Assembly: GCA_030156825.1 (NCBI GenBank)
Contig: JASGLU010000002.1
Span: 1 to 61,868 of the forward strand
Length of the DNA stretch: 61,868 nucleotides
Direction: 5' to 3'
Source: Candidatus Atribacteria bacterium
GTDB lineage: Bacteria > Atribacterota > Atribacteria > Atribacterales > JASGLU01
Below are positions 27,945 through 35,796 of the stretch, piece by piece. Each line of letters opens with the position of its first letter. Position 1 is the first letter of the stretch. The notes below the pieces were generated by a model. The model was not told the origin of the DNA, ran no database searches, and saw only the letters and a program-made list of their open reading frames with translations. Made by a program: the position numbers and the translations under genes.

Positions 27945-28799
27945 TTATTTTGCTCCTATTCTTTGAATTCGCATCCGAGGGTCAAGATATTCACTTACAC
28001 TTACCGATAACCAATAAAGAGCAACTAAAAGTAATATAGTTAAAATCAAAGGAGTTAATATCCACCACCAGTGTCCTAAGAGCATGGCCTGGTAACTAAT
28101 AGCCCACTGAAGCATAGTCCCCAGGGTAGGAATTTCTAACCGAACCAGACCCAAAATAGCCAACACGATTTCCATACCAATTGCCCAACCTATGTTGTTA
28201 ATCAGAGTGGAAAAGATGAGGGGCATAGTAAAAGGGAGATATTCTTTGGTTACCAGAGGTAATGTTTTGTTTCCTGCAAGAATTGATGTTTGTGTGAATT
28301 CCCTCTCGCGCAAGCTCAAAACCTGTGATCGGATAGTTCTGGCATCCCAGGCCCATCCGAAAAAAGCTAAAAGAAGACCGGTATTCACCAGGGTCATAGC
28401 TTCTCGTAGTAACATGGTTACCATGACCAGAATCAAAAACAGAGGAATTACCAAAAGTCCATCAGAAATGCCCATAAGAATTCTGTCAGTGAGGCCTCCT
28501 TTGTATCCGGAGGTAAACCCAACCAGAATAGCAACCACTCTTGAAAGTAATCCAGCAATTAGTGCGATGATAAATGAGTTTCTTATAGCAAAGGTTGCTT
28601 CCCAAAAGACGTCTTGACCTTTGGAGTTAGTCCCTAAGATATGAGGCCATGATGGAGGTTTATCTCGTGCGACCTGCAACCATTCAATAGGGTCATAAGG
28701 CGAAAAAAAGGAAGCAATTGCCAAAAACACCAATAAACATAAAATAATAAAGCCGATGGTGAATCGATAATCTTTAAAAAGGTCTTTTAATATTCCCAT
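27945..28799 (-). CDS. ABC transporter permease (OppC/DppC-like)
   Basis: Multi-TM BPD_transp_1-type protein. HILGTNSKGQDVF is the N-terminal motif typical of OppC-type permeases. Confidence 0.88.
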   Translation of the reverse strand: MGILKDLFKDYRFTIGFIILCLLVFLAIASFFSPYDPIEWLQVARDKPPSWPHILGTNSKGQDVFWEATFAIRNSFIIALIAGLLSRVVAILVGFTSGYKGGLTDRILMGISDGLLVIPLFLILVMVTMLLREAMTLVNTGLLLAFFGWAWDARTIRSQVLSLREREFTQTSILAGNKTLPLVTKEYLPFTMPLIFSTLINNIGWAIGMEIVLAILGLVRLEIPTLGTMLQWAISYQAMLLGHWWWILTPLILTILLLVALYWLSVSVSEYLDPRMRIQRIGAK

Positions 28800-28806
28800 A
28801 TCTTTC

Positions 28807-29811
28807 TCACCGGTGTCGAATTCGGGGGTCGAGTAGAGGATAGATTAAATCCAGAACCAATACCGCTGTCGCAATGGTCAGGATAGAGAGGGTAGTGATT
28901 CCCATCACTAAATTATAGTCACCCCGGGTTACTCCTCGATAAAGTAAAAGGCCCATCCCGGGGTAGGAAAATACCATCTCTACTATCAAAACACCACTAA
29001 AAACTTGTCCTAAGGCAAGAGTAAGTTGAGTAATTTGGGGAAGCATAGCATTTGGTAAAACATACCGAGAAATGATAAGTCGTTCTTTTACTCCTCCTGC
29101 TTGAGCATACTGTATAAAATCTTCTCTCTTTACATTTTGCACCAACAGTTTCATTTGCTGAAACCAGCTTGCTCCCCCCAGAATCACCAAAGTTAATGCC
29201 GGGAGAAAAGAGTAGTGCAAGACGCGCAGGACAAAATCAAGGTTGAAGGCTGTTCTCCTGCCCAACACAAGTCCCCCAACCGGGAAAAGTGGCCAAACAT
29301 AAGCAAACAGAATAAGTAACAGAATACCAAATACATAGTGGGGAATAGGTCTAATGACCATGATGATGGCGTCTAAAACTTTTGACCAGCGTTTCTGGGA
29401 AAAATATCCGGATATACCTCCCAATAAATTTCCCAAAATCCATGACAGTAAAGTTGAGGTAATAAATAAGCCCATTGTCCAGGGGAGGTATATTCTGAGA
29501 AGATCTGACACTGGTGTTGGAAATTGAAAGAGAGAAGGGCCAAAATCAAGAGTAAAAACTCTTTTCCACATGGTAATATATTGCTCAAAGAGACTACCTT
29601 TTAGACCATATAGTTCTTCAAGGCTTTTCATCAAACTCTCGACAGCAGTGGGATCTAAGGAACCTCCCTGGACTTGTATTTGAGCGATCATTTCTAAAAC
29701 CGGGTCTTGGCCAGCAATGCGCGGAATAAAAAATACGGCGGTAATTCCGCAAAAAACCACTAATAAATATTGTACAAGTCTGGGGAAGAGGTAATCTTTT
29801 ATAAATTTCAT
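28807..29811 (-). CDS. ABC transporter permease (OppB/DppB-like)
   Basis: MKFIKDYLFPRLVQ... is the canonical OppB-type N-terminus, and the protein ends in DPRIRHR. ATG at 29811 follows AGGAGA. The longer ORF-track start at 29985 would overlap the SBP gene. Confidence 0.88.
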   Translation of the reverse strand: MKFIKDYLFPRLVQYLLVVFCGITAVFFIPRIAGQDPVLEMIAQIQVQGGSLDPTAVESLMKSLEELYGLKGSLFEQYITMWKRVFTLDFGPSLFQFPTPVSDLLRIYLPWTMGLFITSTLLSWILGNLLGGISGYFSQKRWSKVLDAIIMVIRPIPHYVFGILLLILFAYVWPLFPVGGLVLGRRTAFNLDFVLRVLHYSFLPALTLVILGGASWFQQMKLLVQNVKREDFIQYAQAGGVKERLIISRYVLPNAMLPQITQLTLALGQVFSGVLIVEMVFSYPGMGLLLYRGVTRGDYNLVMGITTLSILTIATAVLVLDLIYPLLDPRIRHR

Positions 29812-29829
29812 GATAGCTCTCCTTCTTGC

Positions 29830-29859
29830 GGCTTCCTGGCGGATGTTCGCCAGGAAGCC
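29830..29859 (-). promoter_or_regulatory. Intercistronic GC-rich stem-loop between the SBP and first permease genes
   Basis: Perfect 12-bp inverted repeat GGCTTCCTGGCG / CGCCAGGAAGCC with a 6-nt loop and no U-tract. It lies just upstream of the permease RBS. Confidence 0.6.
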
Positions 29860-29869
29860 TTGTATGCAG

Positions 29870-31774
29870 CTAATGACTTTCTTTGGGTTGCAAGAATGGA
29901 AGCATGTATTTGAGATTCGGCCAGTGTTGGTAAGGCTGAGTATAAGGGTTTTCGGCTCCTGGATAGTTAGTCCAGTAATACTCATCCCATGCTACAGGAC
30001 CACAATATCCATACGTTGGAATGGTAGGCATTTCTTCTACTAAAACTTTTAAACCTTCAATACCAAGTAGGCGGGTTGTTTCAATTTCGGCAAAGGGATC
30101 AATGGCTTCCATTTTTTCGATAATTTCATCCAACCGGGGGTCGCACCAGCGTGCTCCACCACCTGGACCAAGTGCGACAGTTTGTCCGATTGGGGTTAGA
30201 AGCCGTGAATGCCAGGGGTCAAAAGTTCTTGACAGGTCTACGCCAGCGCCCCAGGGTTCAGCTGCCGGCCACTGAGAAGCAACTGAGAACTCTCCATTTA
30301 GGACTAAACTGTTAAACGCTTCAGTTGCGTTCACTGTAGCATCGATTCCAAATTTTCTCCATTGTTCGGCGGCGGCTGTAGCATTTCTAAAGTGGTGATG
30401 CACAGGGCTGGGATCTGATACGATAGAAATTTTCCAGAGTGAACCATCGGGTAGACGCCATTTACCGTCTTCGCCTCGGGTGAAACCATTTTTCTCGAGC
30501 AGTTTTTCGGCAACATCGGGAGCGTACTTCCACCATCCCATGCCAAACAGCTCCTGAATCAGGACAGGATCTTCTGGAACAGGAAATCCCCTTTCTTTGG
30601 CAGCTTCTGCAATTTTTTGAGGAATTTCAGAATCATAGGGTTTAAATTTTTCTCCGTTACCCATGTCAAGTTCAAATTCTTGCAACCATTCCTCCGTAGG
30701 AACGAAAAACGCTTCTTTGTAGGCAGGAACGGGTGGAAGGTGAAGAGAGCTCACAGGAGCCATCAAATCAAAGGCAACGGCCATGTAGTCCACTATGTCG
30801 ATAGCTAAAACCAACGCCCACCGGACTTCCCTGAGATTATAGGGTTCTACCATGGTGTTAAACAGAATACCAGTAATGCAAGGATCGATATTCACTACCC
30901 AGGGCCATTCTTTTCGCCATCCTCGAGCAGTATCACTTCTATCTAAAACTACTCGAAGTCCTTCGAGGGTATGTTGGGCCATATCTAACTCGTGGCGAAG
31001 CTGAGCGAGAATTCTACCTTCTTCACTTTCAAACGCTTGGAAAAGAACATATTTTGGCTGTGGTTCTCCGAAAAGCATCCCAGTAGGAGTTCTTTCCCAA
31101 TCCTCTCTTCGTTCCCACAGGGTCCAAAAACCAGCCGGGTCATAATCATATAGAATGTATGGTCCACAAGCAACTGGAGGGTTGAATTCGAAAGTTAATG
31201 GATCCTCTGCTTTCTCAAAGATGTGTTTGGGCATGATTCGCAAACATCCCCACCGGTCCAGAAAATGAGTATGAAATCTGGAACTGGGCGTTTTAAGAGT
31301 TACCACTACAGTGTAATCATCGATCTTTTCCGTCTTTTCTACGAATTCAGCCATCGGTCCATGATAAGGTAATCCTGCTATGCGTGTGTGGAGGTCAATG
31401 GTGAAAACTACATCGTCGGCGGTTAAGGGAACATCATCGCTCCAGTAAACTCCCTGGCGCAGGTTAATAGTCATCTGGGTAAAATCTTCGTTATAAATGG
31501 GAAGTTCGGCTGCCAATCCGGGAATAATCTCACCGGTAGCATAGTCAACTGTCCAGAGTGGCTCAAGAAGTAACTGTTGTATCCCTCGGTCTTGCCAGCG
31601 CCATCCCGCCCAGAGGTTAAAGTTACTGGGCGTTCCCACTCGGCCTGTTAGCTGATCAACTATTAGTGTTTCCTCCCGCGGAATTTCTGGCGGAAGTTGA
31701 GCCAAGGCAGAAAAAGAAACCACCAAAACCAATCCTAAAACCATGAATGTCAAAACTAACCTTTTGCACTGCAT
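29870..31774 (-). CDS. Family-5 (Opp/Dpp-type) extracellular solute-binding protein. Genomic context suggests an oligosaccharide (beta-glucoside) ligand.
   Basis: N-terminal signal/anchor (LVLTFMVLGLVLVVSFSALA). 634-aa SBP_bac_5-like protein at the head of the permease/ATPase genes. Confidence 0.85.
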   Translation of the reverse strand: MQCKRLVLTFMVLGLVLVVSFSALAQLPPEIPREETLIVDQLTGRVGTPSNFNLWAGWRWQDRGIQQLLLEPLWTVDYATGEIIPGLAAELPIYNEDFTQMTINLRQGVYWSDDVPLTADDVVFTIDLHTRIAGLPYHGPMAEFVEKTEKIDDYTVVVTLKTPSSRFHTHFLDRWGCLRIMPKHIFEKAEDPLTFEFNPPVACGPYILYDYDPAGFWTLWERREDWERTPTGMLFGEPQPKYVLFQAFESEEGRILAQLRHELDMAQHTLEGLRVVLDRSDTARGWRKEWPWVVNIDPCITGILFNTMVEPYNLREVRWALVLAIDIVDYMAVAFDLMAPVSSLHLPPVPAYKEAFFVPTEEWLQEFELDMGNGEKFKPYDSEIPQKIAEAAKERGFPVPEDPVLIQELFGMGWWKYAPDVAEKLLEKNGFTRGEDGKWRLPDGSLWKISIVSDPSPVHHHFRNATAAAEQWRKFGIDATVNATEAFNSLVLNGEFSVASQWPAAEPWGAGVDLSRTFDPWHSRLLTPIGQTVALGPGGGARWCDPRLDEIIEKMEAIDPFAEIETTRLLGIEGLKVLVEEMPTIPTYGYCGPVAWDEYYWTNYPGAENPYTQPYQHWPNLKYMLPFLQPKESH

Positions 31775-31826
31775 AAAATTTTACCTCCTCCTTCAATTTA
31801 AATCTCTCTTCAACACATTATTTTAC

Positions 31827-32849
31827 TCATTTTACTAAACACCGTCTTCCTATTAACTTACATGGTAAAACAATTCCCTTTTCCTCACCTCCTCTTATTC
31901 TCTCTGCTAAAAGTTCAGCGGCAACTTTCCCCAGCTCTCCTAAGGGTTGCTCTACTGTGGGGAGAGGCGGTTCGGTATACTTGACTGCTTCGATTCCATC
32001 AAAGCCGATGATATTGATATCATCATGAACTTTAATGCCTCTTTCTTTAGCTACTTGTAAGGCGCCGATAGCCATTTTATCGTTAGCAGCAAAAATTGCC
32101 GTGGGAAGAGGAGAGACTTGAAGTAACTTTTCCATCGCTTCCCTCCCACTTATCCGGCGGAAGTTTCCCTCTACTACATACTCTTTTTTAAGAGGAATAC
32201 CGAAATCTAAAAGAGTGTCTACATAAGCTTTATATCTATCTTCAGCATGACGATGCTCCCGAGGGCCTCGTAGATGAGCAATGTGCCGGTGGCCTTTTTC
32301 TATTAGATATTTAACGGCTTCTTTCGCTCCTCCGTAGTGGTCAATATCTACATAACTTACTCCTTCTCCTTCTACTCGCTGATTAACAATGACAAAGGGA
32401 AAGTTTTCCTTAACTAAGTCACTAACTTCAGAATAATGAATAGGCCAGTGAGAAAGGATAATCAGCCCTTCGAAAAGGCGGTTGCGAGCAATATTTAAAA
32501 GAGCTTCTCGCTTATCTAAAGGATGACCGTTAAAAAACTCTCCTTTTACTACTATTTGCAGGTAGTATCCTTCCCGAGAAATGGCAGCCAAAAGGTGGTT
32601 AATCAATTCTCCATAAAAAGCAGAGAGTTTTTCCTGTTCTTTAATGAATGCACAAAGAAGAATGGTGTTAGTTTTACCCTTTACTAAACTTCGAGCTACA
32701 ATGTTGGGACGATATCCCAATTTTTGTGCTGCTTCTTCCACTTTTTTTTGAGTTTCTTCCGATACCTTGCCTTTTCCATTTAAAACCATTGATACTGTGG
32801 CTGGAGATACACCAGCTAATTTTGCTACGTCTTTAATGGTTACGGGCAC
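31827..32849 (-). CDS. LacI-family transcriptional regulator
   Basis: N-terminal HTH VTIKDVAKLAGVSPATVSMVLNG plus a periplasmic-binding-fold effector domain. GTG start after GAAGGAG. Confidence 0.92.
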   Translation of the reverse strand: MPVTIKDVAKLAGVSPATVSMVLNGKGKVSEETQKKVEEAAQKLGYRPNIVARSLVKGKTNTILLCAFIKEQEKLSAFYGELINHLLAAISREGYYLQIVVKGEFFNGHPLDKREALLNIARNRLFEGLIILSHWPIHYSEVSDLVKENFPFVIVNQRVEGEGVSYVDIDHYGGAKEAVKYLIEKGHRHIAHLRGPREHRHAEDRYKAYVDTLLDFGIPLKKEYVVEGNFRRISGREAMEKLLQVSPLPTAIFAANDKMAIGALQVAKERGIKVHDDINIIGFDGIEAVKYTEPPLPTVEQPLGELGKVAAELLAERIRGGEEKGIVLPCKLIGRRCLVK

Positions 32850-32863
32850 ATTTTTTCTCCTTC

Positions 32864-32877
32864 ATTAAAACGATTTA
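32864..32877. promoter_or_regulatory. Candidate LacI-family operator O1
   Basis: TTAAAACGATTTAA is a CG-centred 14-bp near-palindrome. It lies between the predicted -10 and the lacI-like RBS. Confidence 0.55.
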
Positions 32878-32894
32878 ATAAAATTATTCGCTAT

Positions 32895-32923
32895 TAATAT
32901 AGATTATATTTTATAGCTTGTCA
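32895..32923 (-). promoter_or_regulatory. Predicted sigma70-type promoter of the LacI-ABC-GH3 operon
   Basis: On the minus strand: TTGACA (32923-32918), a 17-nt spacer and TATATT (32900-32895). Confidence 0.55.
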
Positions 32924-32952
32924 ATGGTGGAGAGAGAAAAATTTTATTATTA

Positions 32953-32966
32953 ATTGAAACGATTTA
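32953..32966. promoter_or_regulatory. Candidate LacI-family operator O2
   Basis: TTGAAACGATTTAA is a second copy of the O1 motif, 89 bp centre-to-centre from O1 and upstream of the -35. Confidence 0.5.
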
Positions 32967-33040
32967 ATAAGCTTGTTTTGATTGATATTTACTATCGAAA
33001 AATGGTTGACCATAGACCTTCCCTGTTTTTGGAATATTAA

Positions 33041-33211
33041 GCTTTAAAAATTATTGGTTCAAAAAGAGTTTGTTTTGGAAGTGACACCCCATTTGCTTTA
33101 ATGCATGTTGAGGTAGCAAAATACCAGGCCTTACTCTCGGATTTTTCTGAAGATGACCAACAAAATGTAATGGCAGGCAATTTTATTGAATTGTTCAACT
33201 TGTCCCCATAA
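33041..33211 (+). pseudogene. C-terminal remnant of an amidohydrolase-family (PF04909-like) gene
   Basis: In-frame translation ALKIIGSKRVCFGSDTPFALMHVEVAKYQALLSDFSEDDQQNVMAGNFIELFNLSP*. This resembles the ...FGSD.P...NA..lf C-terminus of metal-dependent amidohydrolases. A stop lies directly upstream and there is no N-terminal part. Confidence 0.55.
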
Positions 33212-33247
33212 ATTGGACAGAATGATGAAGATAGTGGTGAGGATAGA

Positions 33248-33428
33248 CGGCAATAAGGGGGAGTACCCCCTTATAAATCCCCGAAAGCAAAAAACTTAAA
33301 AAATAAAAGGCAAAGACTTAAAAAACGAAAAACTGAAAGGATAGACCACTATTGTTTCTCTAAGATTTATTATATTGAATTCCGTTTTCATTGTTATCTG
33401 GTGCCCCGAAGGGGCATGGGGGTCTATC
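33248..33428 (-). repeat. Repeat element copy 2, inverted relative to copy 1: a core plus one terminal hairpin module
   Basis: The reverse complement aligns with 17258-17375 and with the terminal module 17480-17514 (ATAAGGGGG-TACT-CCCCCTTATTGCCG). The H1/H2 modules of copy 1 are absent. Confidence 0.8.
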
Positions 33429-33846
33429 CTCTAATCTTCAAAAATTCCCTAACGGAGATAGTCTTTATCCCTTCCAATTCTTTTAAAGGTAGAATGTGCC
33501 GTCTATCCCCAGAAATAATATAATCTGCCTTACTTTCTAAAGCACATTCGAGAATACGATTATCATCATCTTTACTTTTTATTATAGAAACTTTAACTTT
33601 GGGATAAACTTCATTAGCTTTTGGTCTTATCAACGCTAAGAGCTTCTCTGTTTTAGGTTCTTCCCAAAAAAACTTCTCTCTAAGTATCCTGATTACCTCT
33701 TCAAATATAAAAGGAGAGATATAAACTTCTATATCGTCCTTTAGGAATAGCCTTATAATTTCTAAAGCATTACCTCCGAAAGCAAAAGCAGATATAAAGA
33801 CGTTAGTATCTATTACTACCTTAGTTTTATTTTCTGTAGCTATCAA
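33424..33846 (-). CDS. vapC: PIN-domain toxin (VapC-like ribonuclease)
   Basis: VVIDTNVFISA at the N-terminus, with acidic residues spaced as in a PIN domain. It overlaps the upstream antitoxin gene by 20 nt. Confidence 0.85.
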   Translation of the reverse strand: MIATENKTKVVIDTNVFISAFAFGGNALEIIRLFLKDDIEVYISPFIFEEVIRILREKFFWEEPKTEKLLALIRPKANEVYPKVKVSIIKSKDDDNRILECALESKADYIISGDRRHILPLKELEGIKTISVREFLKIRG

Positions 33847-34063
33847 CTATATCCTCTATCTGAGTTTCTATTATTCCTCTTTCTATAGCCTTTTCTCTTC
33901 CATACCTCACTAACTCTTGCAGTTCTTTATCCTCAATATAACGTCTTAGAGCATCTCTTATCAATTCACTCTTGGTCATTCCTTCTTTATTGGCCATCTC
34001 AGTTATTTTTTCTTCCATCGCAGGGGGAAGAGATATAGTAGCTATTCTCGTTGTTCTTCCCAT
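33827..34063 (-). CDS. vapB: Ribbon-helix-helix (CopG-like) antitoxin (VapB-like)
   Basis: RIATISLPPAMEEKITEMANKEGMTKSELIRDALRRY is an RHH signature. ATG 34063 lies 6 nt after GAGGTG; the ORF-track GTG 34072 lies inside that SD. Confidence 0.8.
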   Translation of the reverse strand: MGRTTRIATISLPPAMEEKITEMANKEGMTKSELIRDALRRYIEDKELQELVRYGREKAIERGIIETQIEDIVDSYRK

Positions 34064-34085
34064 TAGTTTCACCTCAGCTTTCTTA

Positions 34086-34126
34086 TAGTATTACTTAGTA
34101 TTACTATACTACATTCTTATAGTCAA
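34086..34126 (-). promoter_or_regulatory. Predicted vapBC promoter with tandem direct-repeat operator
   Basis: Minus strand: TTGACT (34126-34121), N17, TAATAC (34103-34098). A perfect tandem 10-mer TAGTATTACT x2 on the + strand (34086-34105) overlaps the -10 and +1. Confidence 0.5.
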
Positions 34127-34346
34127 AACAATACATTTACAAAATAAAAATCTAATCTAATTCTTCTCTTCTTTTCCTACAAAAAGTTCCGGTTCTATTG
34201 ACTTTTTCCTCTTTTTGGTGTTTGCTTTCATTGGGTGGCTCCTTTCTTGAATGTTTTTTCTATTACATGGATTATCCCACGGAGCCACTCTTTTCAATTT
34301 CAACTAAAAGGTAAGATTTATCAATTATCATAAAAAGGAGCAATAT

Positions 34347-35684
34347 TTGGTGGCAAAACTATTTCCAGAAGGATTTATATGGGGAACAGCAACAGCATCA
34401 TATCAAATTGAGGGGTCGCCTCTGGCTGACGGTGCAGGACCATCAATTTGGCACAGGTTTTCTCATACCCCGGGTAATATCTTAAACGGAGATACGGGGG
34501 ACATAGCCGATGACCATTATCGTAGATATCGAGAAGATGTGGCTTTGATGAAAGAGCTGGGGTTGAAAGGGTACCGGTTTTCTATAGCCTGGCCAAGGAT
34601 TTTCCCTTTTGGTAAAGGAAAAATAAACGAGAAAGGAGTAGATTTTTATAACCGGTTAGTAGATGAGCTGATGAACGCTGGCATAACTCCATTTGTCACT
34701 CTATATCACTGGGATTTACCCGCAGCTCTCCAGGATTTGGGAGGATGGGCTAATAGAGATATAGCCTGTTGGTATGCTGATTACGCTGATTTTATGTTCC
34801 AAAGATTGGGTGATAGAGTAAAAAACTGGATAACATTAAACGAACCCTGGGTAACTGCTTTTGTAGCTCACTATGAGGGAAGACATGCTCCCGGAATGAG
34901 AGATTTATACGCAGCATTTTTGATTACTCATAATCAATTAAGAGCTCATTCTAAAGCGGTCAGAGCATTTAGAGCGGAAACGAGAGGAGGAAAAATTGGT
35001 ATAACTTTATCTAATAGTTCTCATGATCCAGCCAGCAACTCAAAAGAGGATAAGGAAGCTGCTCAATTTGCTCATGAATGGACTAATTATCCTCTATTTT
35101 TACACCCTATATGCAAAGGAGATTATCCAGAAAAGATTCGAGAGAAAGCAAAAGAATTTTTACCTCCTCATTATGAAAAAGATATGGCAGGAATAAAAGA
35201 ACCCATAGATTTTGTAGGTATAAACTATTATTACGGTGATTTAATTCAAACTGACCCTCAATCACCACTGGGAGGGAGAGCAGTAGAAAGGGGACTACCC
35301 AAAACAGAAATGGGTTGGGAGATATATCCAGAAGGTTTTTATAAAATATTAAAAGGAGTCCAGGATGAATACGCTCCCCTGGAGGTTTTTGTAACAGAAA
35401 ATGGAGCAGCGTTTGAAGATAAAGTAGAAGATGGAAAAGTACACGATGAAAGGAGAATCAGTTATTTAAAAGAGCATTTTAGTCAAGCCCTAAGAGCCAT
35501 AGAGGATGGGGTTAAATTAAAAGGATACTTTGTATGGTCACTATTGGATAACTTTGAGTGGGCTTTAGGATACTCGAAGAGGTTTGGCATAGTGTATGTA
35601 GATTATGAAACTCAAAAGAGGATAATAAAAGATAGTGGTTATTGGTATTCTAAGGTCATAGAAAGTAATTCTATTATTGAGTAA
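34347..35684 (+). CDS. bglA: Glycoside hydrolase family 1 beta-glucosidase
   Basis: FPEGFIWGTATASYQIEG, TLNEPW (acid/base Glu) and VTENGAAF (nucleophile Glu). 445 aa. Confidence 0.93.
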   Translation: MVAKLFPEGFIWGTATASYQIEGSPLADGAGPSIWHRFSHTPGNILNGDTGDIADDHYRRYREDVALMKELGLKGYRFSIAWPRIFPFGKGKINEKGVDFYNRLVDELMNAGITPFVTLYHWDLPAALQDLGGWANRDIACWYADYADFMFQRLGDRVKNWITLNEPWVTAFVAHYEGRHAPGMRDLYAAFLITHNQLRAHSKAVRAFRAETRGGKIGITLSNSSHDPASNSKEDKEAAQFAHEWTNYPLFLHPICKGDYPEKIREKAKEFLPPHYEKDMAGIKEPIDFVGINYYYGDLIQTDPQSPLGGRAVERGLPKTEMGWEIYPEGFYKILKGVQDEYAPLEVFVTENGAAFEDKVEDGKVHDERRISYLKEHFSQALRAIEDGVKLKGYFVWSLLDNFEWALGYSKRFGIVYVDYETQKRIIKDSGYWYSKVIESNSIIE

Positions 35685-35796
35685 TACTGGTTTGAGAAAG
35701 TTGGACATGAAAATTTTAGAGTCTGTCCTGACTTTGGAAATTTCTCGCCAGAGGTACGTTACCAGAGGCGGGAAATGATGGTTAAGTATGCGGTGA

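Noticed and set aside
29812-29985. A 58-codon N-terminal extension of the OppB-like permease that overlaps the SBP gene.
   Set aside because: The canonical MKFIKDYL start has its own AGGAGA SD. The extension crosses the intercistronic hairpin and the SBP 3' end.
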